A DNA stretch of 64,000 nucleotides from Tubiluchus corallicola (Eukaryota > Animalia > Priapulida), in the NCBI GenBank assembly GCA_030141605.1, contig JAQGDQ010000464.1, positions 1-64,000 on the forward strand, in the 5' to 3' direction. A program made the translations under genes and the position numbers. Below, piece by piece: positions 1 through 11,494 of the stretch; positions within the stretch are counted from its first letter, which is position 1, and every line of letters begins with the position of its first letter. The notes below the pieces were generated by a model. That model ran no database searches. It saw only the letters and a program-made list of their open reading frames with translations, and was not told the origin of the DNA.

Positions 1-2
1 GA

Positions 3-998
3 CATGACATTCTCATATTCGCAGATTCAGCACGGTTTGCAGGAATAGAGTCATTTGTCTGCAATCACGAGGAGTTTGGAGTTCTAACTATTCCAGTGTA
101 TGAAACTTTAGCAGATGACATCGTGGAATTTACAAACCTGAAAACTGGCGCAATGGAGAAATTTGAACGTGGAGAAACTAATTGGGCGATGGCAAGAAAG
201 CGACATTTCAATACGCTCTCAGTGTCGCAGCATGTTTCCAAGTCACAAACAGTAAAAGACTGTTTAGGTTTCGACAAAGTGTTTATGATAAATTTACAAC
301 GGAGCACAGAACGAAGAGCACGCATGTTGGCCTTGTTTAACGATCTAGGAATTGAAATGGAAATCTTTGAAGCTTTTGACGGGCTTAAAATAAACAAAAC
401 CTGGCTTGCCCAAAACGACATTAAACTAATGAAAGACTCTAAAGTGGGTACTGTGGCATGTGCTTTGAGCCACCATAGCGTTTGGAAAGAAATTGTTAAG
501 AATGGATACAACAGGACACTAGTGTTTGAAGATGATGTGTGCTTCGTAAGCAACTATCGTAAAAAAGTGGAAGCCGTTATGAATGAATTGGCAAAAGTGG
601 ATTGGGAATTTACTTATTTTGCAGGAAGATACGTCTTTACGGATAAATTTCCAGTGACGCCTATTGAAGGATTTAATCTTCTAGAGATACCAGGTTATGC
701 GATTTGGACAACAGCCTACGCCATTACATTTGAAGGAGCAACAAAACTGTTGAATGGAAATCTGTTAGAAAACCTGATCAACGTTGACTTTTACGTAGCC
801 ATTATGACTGACAACTTCATTGTAGATGAATGGAAAACGAGATTCTCGCCAAGAAACTTGAAAGCCTTTGCTGCAAAACCATGGCTAAATTATCCGAGCG
901 ACTGGTTGCTGAAAGAAGACTACATTAGCACTATTACTAGCACACCTGAGATAACCATGTCTTTAGGTAACACCGAAAAATTAAAACTGAGTTACTAG
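3..998 (+). CDS. COLGALT1: GT25 family procollagen galactosyltransferase-like protein, 5'-partial, intronless over the visible span
   Basis: Frame is open from base 3 (HDILIFADSARFAGIESFVCNHEEFGVLTIPV, resembling COLGALT DDIIVFAFS...YVCNKE.YG.L.VP). Continues with LGFDKVFMINLQRSTERRARM, GTVACALSHHSVWKEIV, LVFEDD, WEFTYFAGR, YAIWTTAYAIT.EGA.KLL, VDFY. Stop at 996-998. Orthology to COLGALT1 versus a paralog is not established. Confidence 0.85.
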   Translation, partial: HDILIFADSARFAGIESFVCNHEEFGVLTIPVYETLADDIVEFTNLKTGAMEKFERGETNWAMARKRHFNTLSVSQHVSKSQTVKDCLGFDKVFMINLQRSTERRARMLALFNDLGIEMEIFEAFDGLKINKTWLAQNDIKLMKDSKVGTVACALSHHSVWKEIVKNGYNRTLVFEDDVCFVSNYRKKVEAVMNELAKVDWEFTYFAGRYVFTDKFPVTPIEGFNLLEIPGYAIWTTAYAITFEGATKLLNGNLLENLINVDFYVAIMTDNFIVDEWKTRFSPRNLKAFAAKPWLNYPSDWLLKEDYISTITSTPEITMSLGNTEKLKLSY

Positions 999-2394
999 TT
1001 TAGCTTGGTAACAGTTTGTAACTTTTTAATCGAAGAATTACATGATATATCAAAATAGCGACAAGCTTTTAGATGCTTATAATATAACAAACGTACTTCC
1101 ACAAGCATGTAAAACATTACACTTGTTTCATCTGTCACATAATGTGTGCTTTGCTTTTAGAGCGCCACACTGTGGCCACAAAAGAAAAGTAAAATTAAAG
1201 GCAGTAAGATTTCTGACGAATTAACTGGTTTCTCCGAATTGTGCTTGTGGATGCTATCTTAAAAAATTGGATAATTTCTACCTGGAATGTTACGTAACTG
1301 TTTTTAAACAAGCTAAAACAGTAAATTTGAATAATATAAATAACGTATAATTGTCATTAAATATTATATATATATTATATTATTTATATATAAATTCATT
1401 TCAATTCATATAATCAATATTATATAAGCGAAAGAAACGATTTTCATATTGACTATTGTGAGGCATGTGTTGTTAATTTTGATAGTAAATGGCTTGCTTG
1501 GCTTGCATTACTGTATGTGTTTTTCATTTCATCATCTTCTCACCCATGTCACTTAAAATGATTCGTACTTACCTGTTGGAGTGCTTCGTTTGCTTATGAA
1601 GAAAAAGCAGTACACGTTCTGAACAGTTGAGTTGATACTTTTCACTGCTACAGACGTTCGTTGTCTGTCTGGCCAGTAGGCATGTTCCAGCATACCTATA
1701 GTTAACGTATTTGTCTGGAAAGGCTGGTACACGATCTGTGACGTAACTTCTTTTCGATGGAGAGCTGAGCTAAGTGTTGTTTTGGCCAAAAGGACAGTGT
1801 TCCTGTTGTATAGTCTCTTTGCTGTTACATGGTTTGAAGAGCTGGCCAAGCCACAGAGGTGTGATGTTATTCCATTCCAGTGAGCTGTTGGTACGTTGGT
1901 GTTATACCTACAAGAGGGTTGCTGGAAGCTGTTGACTAGCTATCGTCATCTGCATTGTTATGGCTCATGGAGGATCATCATGTTGCCGGTGTCAGCGTTG
2001 TCATTAGGAGGAGGATCGTCAAGTTGTGCACAATATCGTCATGAACATTCAGATAAGTTATGCGCATTCATTTTCTTATCCTCGTCTTTCCTTTGGGGTT
2101 TTCACAGCAAGCCATTAGTAGTGATTTTGAACTCTTATTGTTGACTTGTTGTTGTACTCTTTTGCTTTGTAATGATTATAGCTATAAAATTTGTTTCATC
2201 TTGTTTTTTTTAACTAAACAGCCTTAAAAAACAGCAGACGAACCCGTGAAAATACATGTAGTATATTTTCCTGATCATTATATAAAAATTAGGAATGCAA
2301 TAGCCCTCAAAACGTTACAATGGTGGCAGTAGTTATTTTGTTTTTAACCAAATTGCCCTCGGCACGTTACAACTAAATATATATATATATATAT

Positions 2395-2429
<35 letters not shown>

Positions 2430-2717
2430 GTAATATATAATATATAATACATAATATATGTATAATTTATTATATATTTACTAGCAAATGCCGTCAGACA
2501 AATATATTTTGTATAGAACTGAAATATTTTTTAAAATAGAGGTAAAACAGCTATAAATTGTTTGTAAGAAATTTTCTAGTGATTATCTAGAGTTCTGTCT
2601 GGAATTACGATAAGCATGCCGATTCTTCAAGCTGAAGGGTTTCATGAGATTGGTGCCTTGAAATGACATTAAAATGTATGAAAAATGTCCAGTCTAGTCG
2701 CATAATAGTGAAATGCT

Positions 2718-4295
2718 TTACTCTTTATTTAGCGAATTAACACTCTCATATAAAATGTTTGCCAGTTTTGAAGTAGAACTATAACTAGCTGCTTCAGATC
2801 CAATGCACTGTTCCAGCTGTGCAGGTTCTAAGCTAGAGTCACAGTGCTTTGAATGGAAGACGTGAACAAGTCCTTCATCAGGTGCTCGAAATACAGTCAG
2901 ATTGCTATGTACAGCTTTACTATACAGAACAATGTCTTCTGTTCCCCAACCTTTGATAGACAGATCAAATCCGCCTATTGAATTATAATCACTTTTGTAC
3001 AAGCAAACCATGCCGTAACCAAAATTCCTCCAGTAGCCAGCTGTACTACTCATATCAATATTTGTGTATCGTGGCTGTACTTTTGCTAAACTGTGCGTCA
3101 TTTTAGGATTGTACAAACTGAACACTATAGGAAAATATACTTGTTGGCCTTGTTTTGTATTAGCACGTGCTCTGAGCAAAAATTCTCTGTTAAAGGAAAT
3201 ATCTACGTCTACAAAAAACAAGAGGGCGTTGCTGATATGCTGCTTGGCACCAACATCAAGTGCCCACCCCCGCGAGAAGGGCCTGTCTGTTTTTATCATT
3301 TTTATGCTGTACTTCCGGTAAGAGTTCTGGAAATTGCGTATCAACCTCTCTGTTTCTTGCAGATTGTCGTCGGTCCTTTGGGAAAAAAGGATAACAGACA
3401 ATGATACAGCTTCGCTAACGTCTAAACACGTCCGTCTAAAATTTTCCATAAATTTTTGGAATGTCTCAAATCTACCAGATAAAGGAAGAATAAAATTTAT
3501 CACTTTGTTATAAAGCAGCTGCTCTTTTTTAATATATCGTTTGTCAACAATGAAGTCTTCTTCCTCCTCAGCTGCACTGCTGTGATTGAGGTTGTCAGCA
3601 TTTTTAAGGTGATTATCTCCTAATAAGACGTCGTCTTCTGCGTATTCTATGGAAGTAAATGTCTGCTGTATATATGTATGTCTGCGAACTGGCACAACCA
3701 TTTTTCTTCCTCTGTGTTTCTTGTACGTCAGAAGTAAATCTAATACATAATGAACAGCGTACAACGGATTCAGTCGGTTATAGCCGTACAACACTTCACG
3801 AAACTCCACTACTCGTTTTCGCTCTCTGGAAAATTTATTAATAATTAGCATAACTTGCATAATGATATCTTCCAGAGAGGATTTGAGACACACGTCATAA
3901 CCACGACTAGGGGCATCGCCAAGAAAACTATGAACGCCTTGCCTTAAGAAATTCCAGGTCAGTATATCTTTTACTTTAGTTGTTCTAGGATGGCTGAGTT
4001 CAGGTTTAGTACCATGTCTGAGAAGATAACTAGAAGAATTTCTTCGATGAGAAAGAAGGTTGTCCATAGCAAGTACATCTCGAAGCATTTGAAGTGATTT
4101 CTGCCTGTAAACGCCTATCATTGTCGTACCGAAGAATCCATGAGCACGATACATATATGGTGTCATTTTGAAAGGATGCAGCGTCGTTGCCTGTAGTACC
4201 TCACTTACGGCCAAATTACCAGTAAAAGACTCGTTGTCTTGCGGATAGATGTCGCCACTTTTTTCACTCGAGTTGTGGTAAAAAATTCTCCGCAT
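2718..4295 (-). CDS. CHSY1: CHSY1 exon 3 (MRRIFYHN...SLNKE*)
   Basis: Acceptor GCTTTCAG at 4296; TLHPFK, YVLDLLLTYKKHRGRKMVVPVRRHTYIQQTF, DVD, GWGTED. Confidence 0.93.
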   Translation of the reverse strand: MRRIFYHNSSEKSGDIYPQDNESFTGNLAVSEVLQATTLHPFKMTPYMYRAHGFFGTTMIGVYRQKSLQMLRDVLAMDNLLSHRRNSSSYLLRHGTKPELSHPRTTKVKDILTWNFLRQGVHSFLGDAPSRGYDVCLKSSLEDIIMQVMLIINKFSRERKRVVEFREVLYGYNRLNPLYAVHYVLDLLLTYKKHRGRKMVVPVRRHTYIQQTFTSIEYAEDDVLLGDNHLKNADNLNHSSAAEEEEDFIVDKRYIKKEQLLYNKVINFILPLSGRFETFQKFMENFRRTCLDVSEAVSLSVILFSQRTDDNLQETERLIRNFQNSYRKYSIKMIKTDRPFSRGWALDVGAKQHISNALLFFVDVDISFNREFLLRARANTKQGQQVYFPIVFSLYNPKMTHSLAKVQPRYTNIDMSSTAGYWRNFGYGMVCLYKSDYNSIGGFDLSIKGWGTEDIVLYSKAVHSNLTVFRAPDEGLVHVFHSKHCDSSLEPAQLEQCIGSEAASYSSTSKLANILYESVNSLNKE

Positions 4296-7200
4296 CTGAA
4301 AGCAATAAAGGTCAGAATTCAATAATAATTTCACAGCATCGTATCGACAGTCTGCATCGTATCTTATAATTTCAACTACAATTGTACTTTGCTTTACTTT
4401 AACTGGCAACTTTTAAAAATGTCTATATGTAAAGTTTCGAACTTCTCATGTTTCATCTTAAAAGTTTGTTCTTCCGTCTTAAACTATTTTTCACCATATT
4501 TATCCCGGGTTTTGTGCAGCTCAATAATGTAGTTTTTTAACCACAATCAGGTAATTTGTATTTCCACATAACTGAATGTCAAAAATTTATTTTCAACTTA
4601 TTTACAGCAGTTAATAATTTTAATGTAAACATGTGTTTAGCATCAGACTTTTTCACATTATAATATATTCGCTGCCTTGCTATTAAAGGTTTTGTGGGTC
4701 TAGTCTTTACTATTCTTGCATGTAATTTGTTCTTGGTAGTTGTTAAAAGAAAATATTTCATATCCTCCACAATTTTAGGTATATAAAAAGTATATATTTT
4801 AACAACTATAATAATGCCAAAGCGTTTCTGATAATTAAATAATAGGTTACCAAGTTAATTAATGGCCGACGAGCCCAATCTGTAACGACACTCATAAATA
4901 AACATAATTTTCAATAGCAATGTTGCACACGTTTGCGAAAGCGAAAATTGAAGTACAGTGTTACTGTACAACATTCAGTGTGATATACAAAAACTCGGCA
5001 AATTTTATGCTTAAAATTAAAATTTAAAATTTGCCGCTGCGCTCAAGCTGAGCTCTCGAACATGTACACTACGTCACAACTGAACACCTCTGTGATGAGC
5101 GGTACAGCACATGTTTTCTGTGCAATGCATTTCCGAGATGCAGGCGCTAGTGTCCATCTAACTAGCGAATGGGGAAATGCATGTAATAACGAAGAAACTA
5201 GTCACGTGAACGCGAAATTACGCTATTGTAGTAATAATTCTTTCACGTAAGTCATTCTCGAAAAAATAAAATGTTCCTTTTCAATGTTTTACAGAGTAGA
5301 TTGTTTTGAGCTGTAGTTTAATACTGGCCTTTCCTTTAAACAAATTCGTCTATTGATGGTCGTTGTTGATTTTAGAGATTGTCAGTCTAACCGTCGTGTT
5401 ATTTTTCGTGTTGCAGCTGTTGCTGCTGCTGCTGCTGATGATGATGATGATTATGATGACAATAATGATGACGATGGTAATGTCAGAAATAAAAGCAAAC
5501 AGAACTTTTAGTCTAACATACTTCATTTGGCACCTATTACGATAATCTATTATAATGACGAAGACGGCTTATCCCTCTATCAAGCGCGCATATTTGAAAT
5601 TCCGTACTTAATTTTGATCCGTTGGTAATTCATTTCGCATGTGGCAAATGCGTACAGAACTCGTGCAAACATACCCCTACAGTTAGCATAGAATCCCTCA
5701 CTGCAGCATTTCCCAACTTTAATCCTTACGATAAAAATGTAGTGTTTATCAAGTGCTTTTGTACAGATCACCTCAAACAAGGTCATGACCCCCCCCCCCC
5801 GCTCCAAAACTAAGAATGTAACTACAGGTAAAAGAAAACAGCTCCCATTAGTAATTTGACAATGGTGGAAGGTGGCAATGTATGTTGATGGTTGTATCAA
5901 GTCAATCCCACGCTCTAAATGATATTTTATAATCTCGTGCTCGCTTTTCTGCCTAAAAACTAGTACTGCAATTGTAAAAAAACTTGTATTTTTAAACTTC
6001 GATAGTAGTCATTTTGCTTCTGTTTTTTGCTGCTGCCAAGCCCAGATCTTCGTCAGGAAGTGCGATCTACTGGATTTAGGCATAACTTCAATGTGTTCCT
6101 GTAAAGTGACTAGCTAACTTTAACAACGATTTTCTCAAGGTTATGTTTTTCAGTGTGTAAAACTTCAGTTTCAGTGTGTAAAACTTTCAGTATGTGCACC
6201 TCAACTTCAACGTGGATTATCTCAGCTTAGAAATAACACAGAGTGATGAACTTAGTATCAAAGTGATCCTTATGAAATAAAGATTCAGGATGTGAGAATA
6301 ACTAGAAAAACTTAATTGCCGACATGGGCGATTTTGCTATGCAAGCACACATTTCAGTGCGGCCCACTCTATTATTGATTTATAGTTAGTTGTCTATGCA
6401 TGTATATGAAGCGCGCTACAAATTATTTGCGTACATTGGTAAGGTACTACCTAGTGCCTGCGTGGTCTTTGCTAATTATATATAGGCCTATGTGCATAGC
6501 ACTCTTATACTCTTGTTTTTGTATGCAAAAGTTTTTTCTAAGCAGCGCTAGTGCTTGTGGTGTAATGACATTTATGTACTAGTAGTGCTTGCTCCTTACA
6601 TGACACTTACATATAAGCCGGCTCAGCAACTGCTTGTGGTGTATTATATAACATTGCATCATTATATGAATACGAAAAGGATATAATTACGTATTTTCCA
6701 AAGAAAATAAGAACGTTTTAACACTCGGCCCCTAAAATCTGGCACCCCTCAAATTTGGCAGAATAGTTAACCTATTGGTAAACGCGCCCCTGCACATGTT
6801 CTCCATAAAGTAAATGTGGTTCCTATTAATAGGAAAACAATTTCCTAGTGAAGAATTCCTCGGATCAGACACGCGAAGCAAAAGCTGGATTTAAAATGTC
6901 ACTGACGCTTATGCAGAGCCACACAAAGCCGGAACAAGTGTACCATTACCAGAGGTGAAAAGCGGAAATGGGAAGCTTGCACATCCGGCACGCGCCGAAC
7001 TGACCTGAAATATTGAAACGACCAACTTATTTCCCAAAACCTTCCCTGCAATACTGCAGGTAGGAGCAAAACTGCCCAGATTCCTGGCTTACATAAACAG
7101 TTATACCCCGTACAATAACAAATTTTGGATGGGATTAAACAAGCGTGCATCAATTTAGATCCAATCCGCGAGCATGAACATGTACATGCTCATCATAGAA

Positions 7201-10200
7201 TCCCGTTTATGACTAAGTATAAACTTAGTCAGTCTCCCCCAACCCTTTAACCGAAGTCACCACTTCTGACCTTACACCAGGTGTCTACCTGCAAGGTTTG
7301 TAACCCCAGTATGAATTTAAGGGGAATGCTTAAAACTCGTAGACAAGGGTGGTTTAAAGGTTCACAAACGAAGGGTCTCAAGCCCTCAACATATATACAT
7401 ACACATATGCCAAACTAAGCCGTTCACATGTGCAATAAGTTGCGGGAGAAGTTGCCAAGCCGTTGACATGTGCAATAAGTTGCGGGAGAAGTTGCCAAGC
7501 CGTTGACATGTGCAATAAGTTGCTGGAGAAGTTACAAGGCCGTTCACATGTGCAACAAGTTGCGGGAGAAGTTAGTTGCCAAGCCGTTCACATGTATAAC
7601 AGTTTGCTGGAGAAGTTGTCAAGCCGTTCACATGTGCACCAAGTTGCGGGAGAAGTTGCCAAGCCGTTCACATGTGCAACAGCTTGCTGGAGAAGTTACC
7701 AAGCCATTCACACGTGCAACAAGTTGCTGGAGAAGTTACCAAGCCGCTCACATGTGCAACAAGTTGCGGGAGAAGTTGCCAAGCCGTTCACACGTGCAAC
7801 TTTACTCTCAGAGAGAAGTTGAAGTCTCTACGTCTGAACGTGCCAGTAAAAAACGTGTTTGCAGCGTCCTAGGGACTGAGGGTCTTGGAGGAAAATTTAT
7901 AGGTTTTTGTAGTGAGAAGAAACAGGGCTACACAACAACGTGAATTTCTTACAAAAGTCTCTAAGAAGATGAAAGATTACACGTTAATTGGTGGAACATT
8001 TTTTCTGGACGACCCTGTATATAGCGAATGTGTTGAACTGCTTAATTTAATACTTATCAGTTCAGTTTAAGTAATTTTGTTATGCTTTCAAAAACACAAT
8101 AATATCGCTTTAATTAGTCAAGGGTCTTAGGACTCAGGGATCTATCAAAATTTAGTGCCTAAACCTATAGTCTTTTAACCTCATAGTTAATCCACCCCTG
8201 CTCGTGGCCTAACAGTTAATCCACCCCTGCTCGTGGCCTAATAGTTAATCCACCCCTGCTCGTCGCCTAACAGTTAATCCGCCCCTGCTCGTGGCCTAAC
8301 AGTTAATCCACTCCTGCTCGTGGCCTAACAGTTAATCCACCCCTGCTCTTGGCCTAACAGTTAATTCGCCCCTGCTCGTGGCCTAACAGTTAATCCACTC
8401 CTGCTCGTGGCCTAACAGTTAATCCACCCCTGCTCGTGGCCTAACAGTTAATTCGCCCCTGCTCGTGGCCTAACAGTTAATCCACTCCTGCTCGTGGCCT
8501 AACAGTTAATCCGCCCCTGCTCGTGGCCTAACAGTTAATCCGCCCCTGCTCGTGGCCTAACAGTTAATCCGCCCCTGCTCGTGGCCTAACAGTTAATCCG
8601 CCCCTGCTCGTGGCCTAACAGTTAATCCGCCCCTGCTCGTGGCCTAACAGTTAATCCGCCCCTGCTTGTGGCCTAACAGTTAATCCACTCCTGCTCGTGG
8701 CCTAACAGTTAATCCGCCCCTGCTCGTGGCCTAACAGTTAATCCACTCCTGCTCATGTCCTAACAGCTAATCCGCCCCTACACCTGGCCTAACAAAACTC
8801 GAACTGCTGGCGGATAAGACGCTATGACGCTAGTTGGTAGGTTATGCAGTGCCTCAAGGTACCGAAGACGTTGATGTAAAAATAAACACGATGTACAAGA
8901 CATGATATATGGAGCCCTTAATTACACAAAACAGATTCGAACCAAGGAAAGGCTATAAAAAGCCTATAATTTGGAAGAGCAGCACCAGCCGTCAGGGTGG
9001 ACATCAGTTTCAAGTGTTCGCAAAAATATTTACAATTCAAAAAATCCTTTATTCTCTGCAAAAAATGTATTCCGAGTATGGAAGCAGTCATTAAAGTGAG
9101 TAAAGATAACTATGCTGCTAATGAAGCATCAAAGTCGATACTAAATATCACATTTTGAATATTGATCAATCATTTTCTTTTACAAATAAATTATTAGTAA
9201 TACTGTATGTCATTGTTGAATATTTTACTGTCATTTTTTATTGTCTATAACCATTGTAATAATAAAACATGCCTCATGTGTACTACCGGTACTAGCAGTT
9301 TTAATACTAATTTTGTTAGTAATAATAATGTGTAATAAATTATTAAGAATCTTATAAATTCAATTAAAAGCAAAATTAAATTAGAAAGTCTGAAAAGCTT
9401 TCAACATGCGCTATGATTACGACGCATTCTTTCTAGGGATATGCAAGTTAACTTGCATAAATTTCTTGTAATAGACTCATAAGTAGCTCATCTCTTTGTG
9501 TGTCTTTACCACGCTCTTGTCAATATTGGATTTGTACGTTTTTTTGCCATCATGTTATGTGCATATCGTTTTTATTATAGACTATATTTTACTATTGGGT
9601 GTGAATAAGATAAACAAAAATAAATAAATAAGATACCTTGTATTTTGGTAAACAGGTAAGGGTACAGTTCTTATGACCATGAGATTATTTGAATTGAACT
9701 CGAAACCACCCAGAAAAGAGAGCACGCTGCAGCAAAAATGGAATAACACAATTTTTTCATTAGGTATATTTTATGGCAAACTTGTAATTTGTAGGCGATG
9801 TTGAATAATTATGTCAAAGGTAAAAATAAAATAAAAAATAGTAGGAAAATAAATAGCTTAGGAAAAATAAACAGAATTTTACTTTGGGGTTTTCTGAGAT
9901 GGGACAGGTTTTAGAGCAGTACGCCATGATAGGTCATTCAAAATTGTTTCTACTACTAAGCAAATGAATACAATGTTACGTAGAACTGCACTAGACAAAG
10001 TAAATGTTCAATGCTTAACATGGATGCAACATCAAATTGCCTCTTACTTGCCTTGCAATTTATATTAACAAGAATTTATGGGGGTGGTCCCACAAATGGG
10101 TCCATACCACCCACAAGGTCCACCTGAAAATTAATACTGCTACCAAGGCAGTAAACACAATGTCCCCTCTTTCATGTGGTATAGGCAAAAACTGGTTAAC

Positions 10201-10495
10201 AGACTGAGGTCCGAACTAATAACTTAATATAATAATGATGGTGATAATGATAATGATAATGATGAAGATAATGATCATGATAATGATAGTGATAGTGATA
10301 GTGACAGTGACAGTGACAGTGACAGTGACAGTGACAGTGTCAGTGTCAGTGACAGTGACAGTGACAGTGACAGTGACAGTGACAGTGACAGTGACAGTGA
10401 CAATGACAATGACAATGACAATGACAATGACAATGACAATGACAATGACAATGACAATAATAATAATAATAATAACAACAACAATAATAATAGCA

Positions 10496-10536
<41 letters not shown>

Positions 10537-11454
10537 CATCTTTATTTTAAAGTCGGCCTAAATACCACGCGCCAGACGGGGTAACAGCAAGTGCCATTTT
10601 TAAAGTCTTCGGTATGACCTGGCCGCTGTATGGCCGCCTATCTCATGACCTCCTAGACGGAAAGCAGACGCGTTACCACTAAACCGTCTGGCACAATGAT
10701 GCTGAAATTTTACACATTATCCATAGGGAGGGCAGGAAACGAAAAACTGAATTTGATTTCATTAAAGTATGGGAGAATCGCTATACTTCATTAATTCTAC
10801 TAGACCTACAATTAATCTACTCTTTGGCTGCAAGTTTTCAAGAGAAAGGTAATGGCTGTTTCACACACCTCATAAGACCAAGTGCAGGGCACACCAGTAA
10901 AACGATGGACGCATCGACCAACCTCTACATCCTCATGAGACGTGTGCAGATGTGAAAGACAGTAGTGAATGTGTGGCGCAAAGCGACGTAATGCCTCCCT
11001 GCTGAATACAATCCCAGGCCCACCCATGCAGAAGTTCTCATCCTCGCTCAGATCTGAAAAGAAAACAAGTGATCGTACTTTTGATTGATTGAATATCTTT
11101 ATTGACATAAACATATAATAGTAACAATGTAATAATTCATGTGTTAATTAATACTGTAAAATGTTATTCGAGCCCACTTGGGCTTACAAGTCAATTTCAT
11201 GAAAATTTATCACATAATAACTGTGCACTATTGTGGTGCGCTAACATTATCGGTTATGATAATTATAATAGCAAATCAAGACGAGCATGGACGTAAGCGT
11301 ACGAGTGGAAGTTTCACAAAGGGGGGGGGGAGAATATGCCCTGTAAATTTTCTAACTTGCACTAGCCCGTGTGATTTCTCAATAAGTGCAAACAGCCGAG
11401 TACATTATACCGTACACGCACACGCACACGCACACGCACACACACGCACGCACG

Positions 11455-11494
<40 letters not shown>

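Noticed and set aside
65-553. 162-aa minus-strand ORF
   Set aside because: Antisense shadow of the GT25 coding sequence with no recognisable motifs.
4296-4409. N-terminal extension of the 563-aa ORF
   Set aside because: Intron sequence upstream of the CHSY1 exon 3 acceptor.
7417-7943. ORFs with KPFTC..CG resembling C2H2 zinc-finger linkers
   Set aside because: The unit is 40 bp, so frames rotate every copy; no HxxxH spacing; intronic minisatellite.
8185-8795. 29-bp repeats (also the 38-, 32- and 26-bp arrays) as possible CRISPR arrays
   Set aside because: Head-to-tail units without unique spacers, no cas genes, eukaryotic context.
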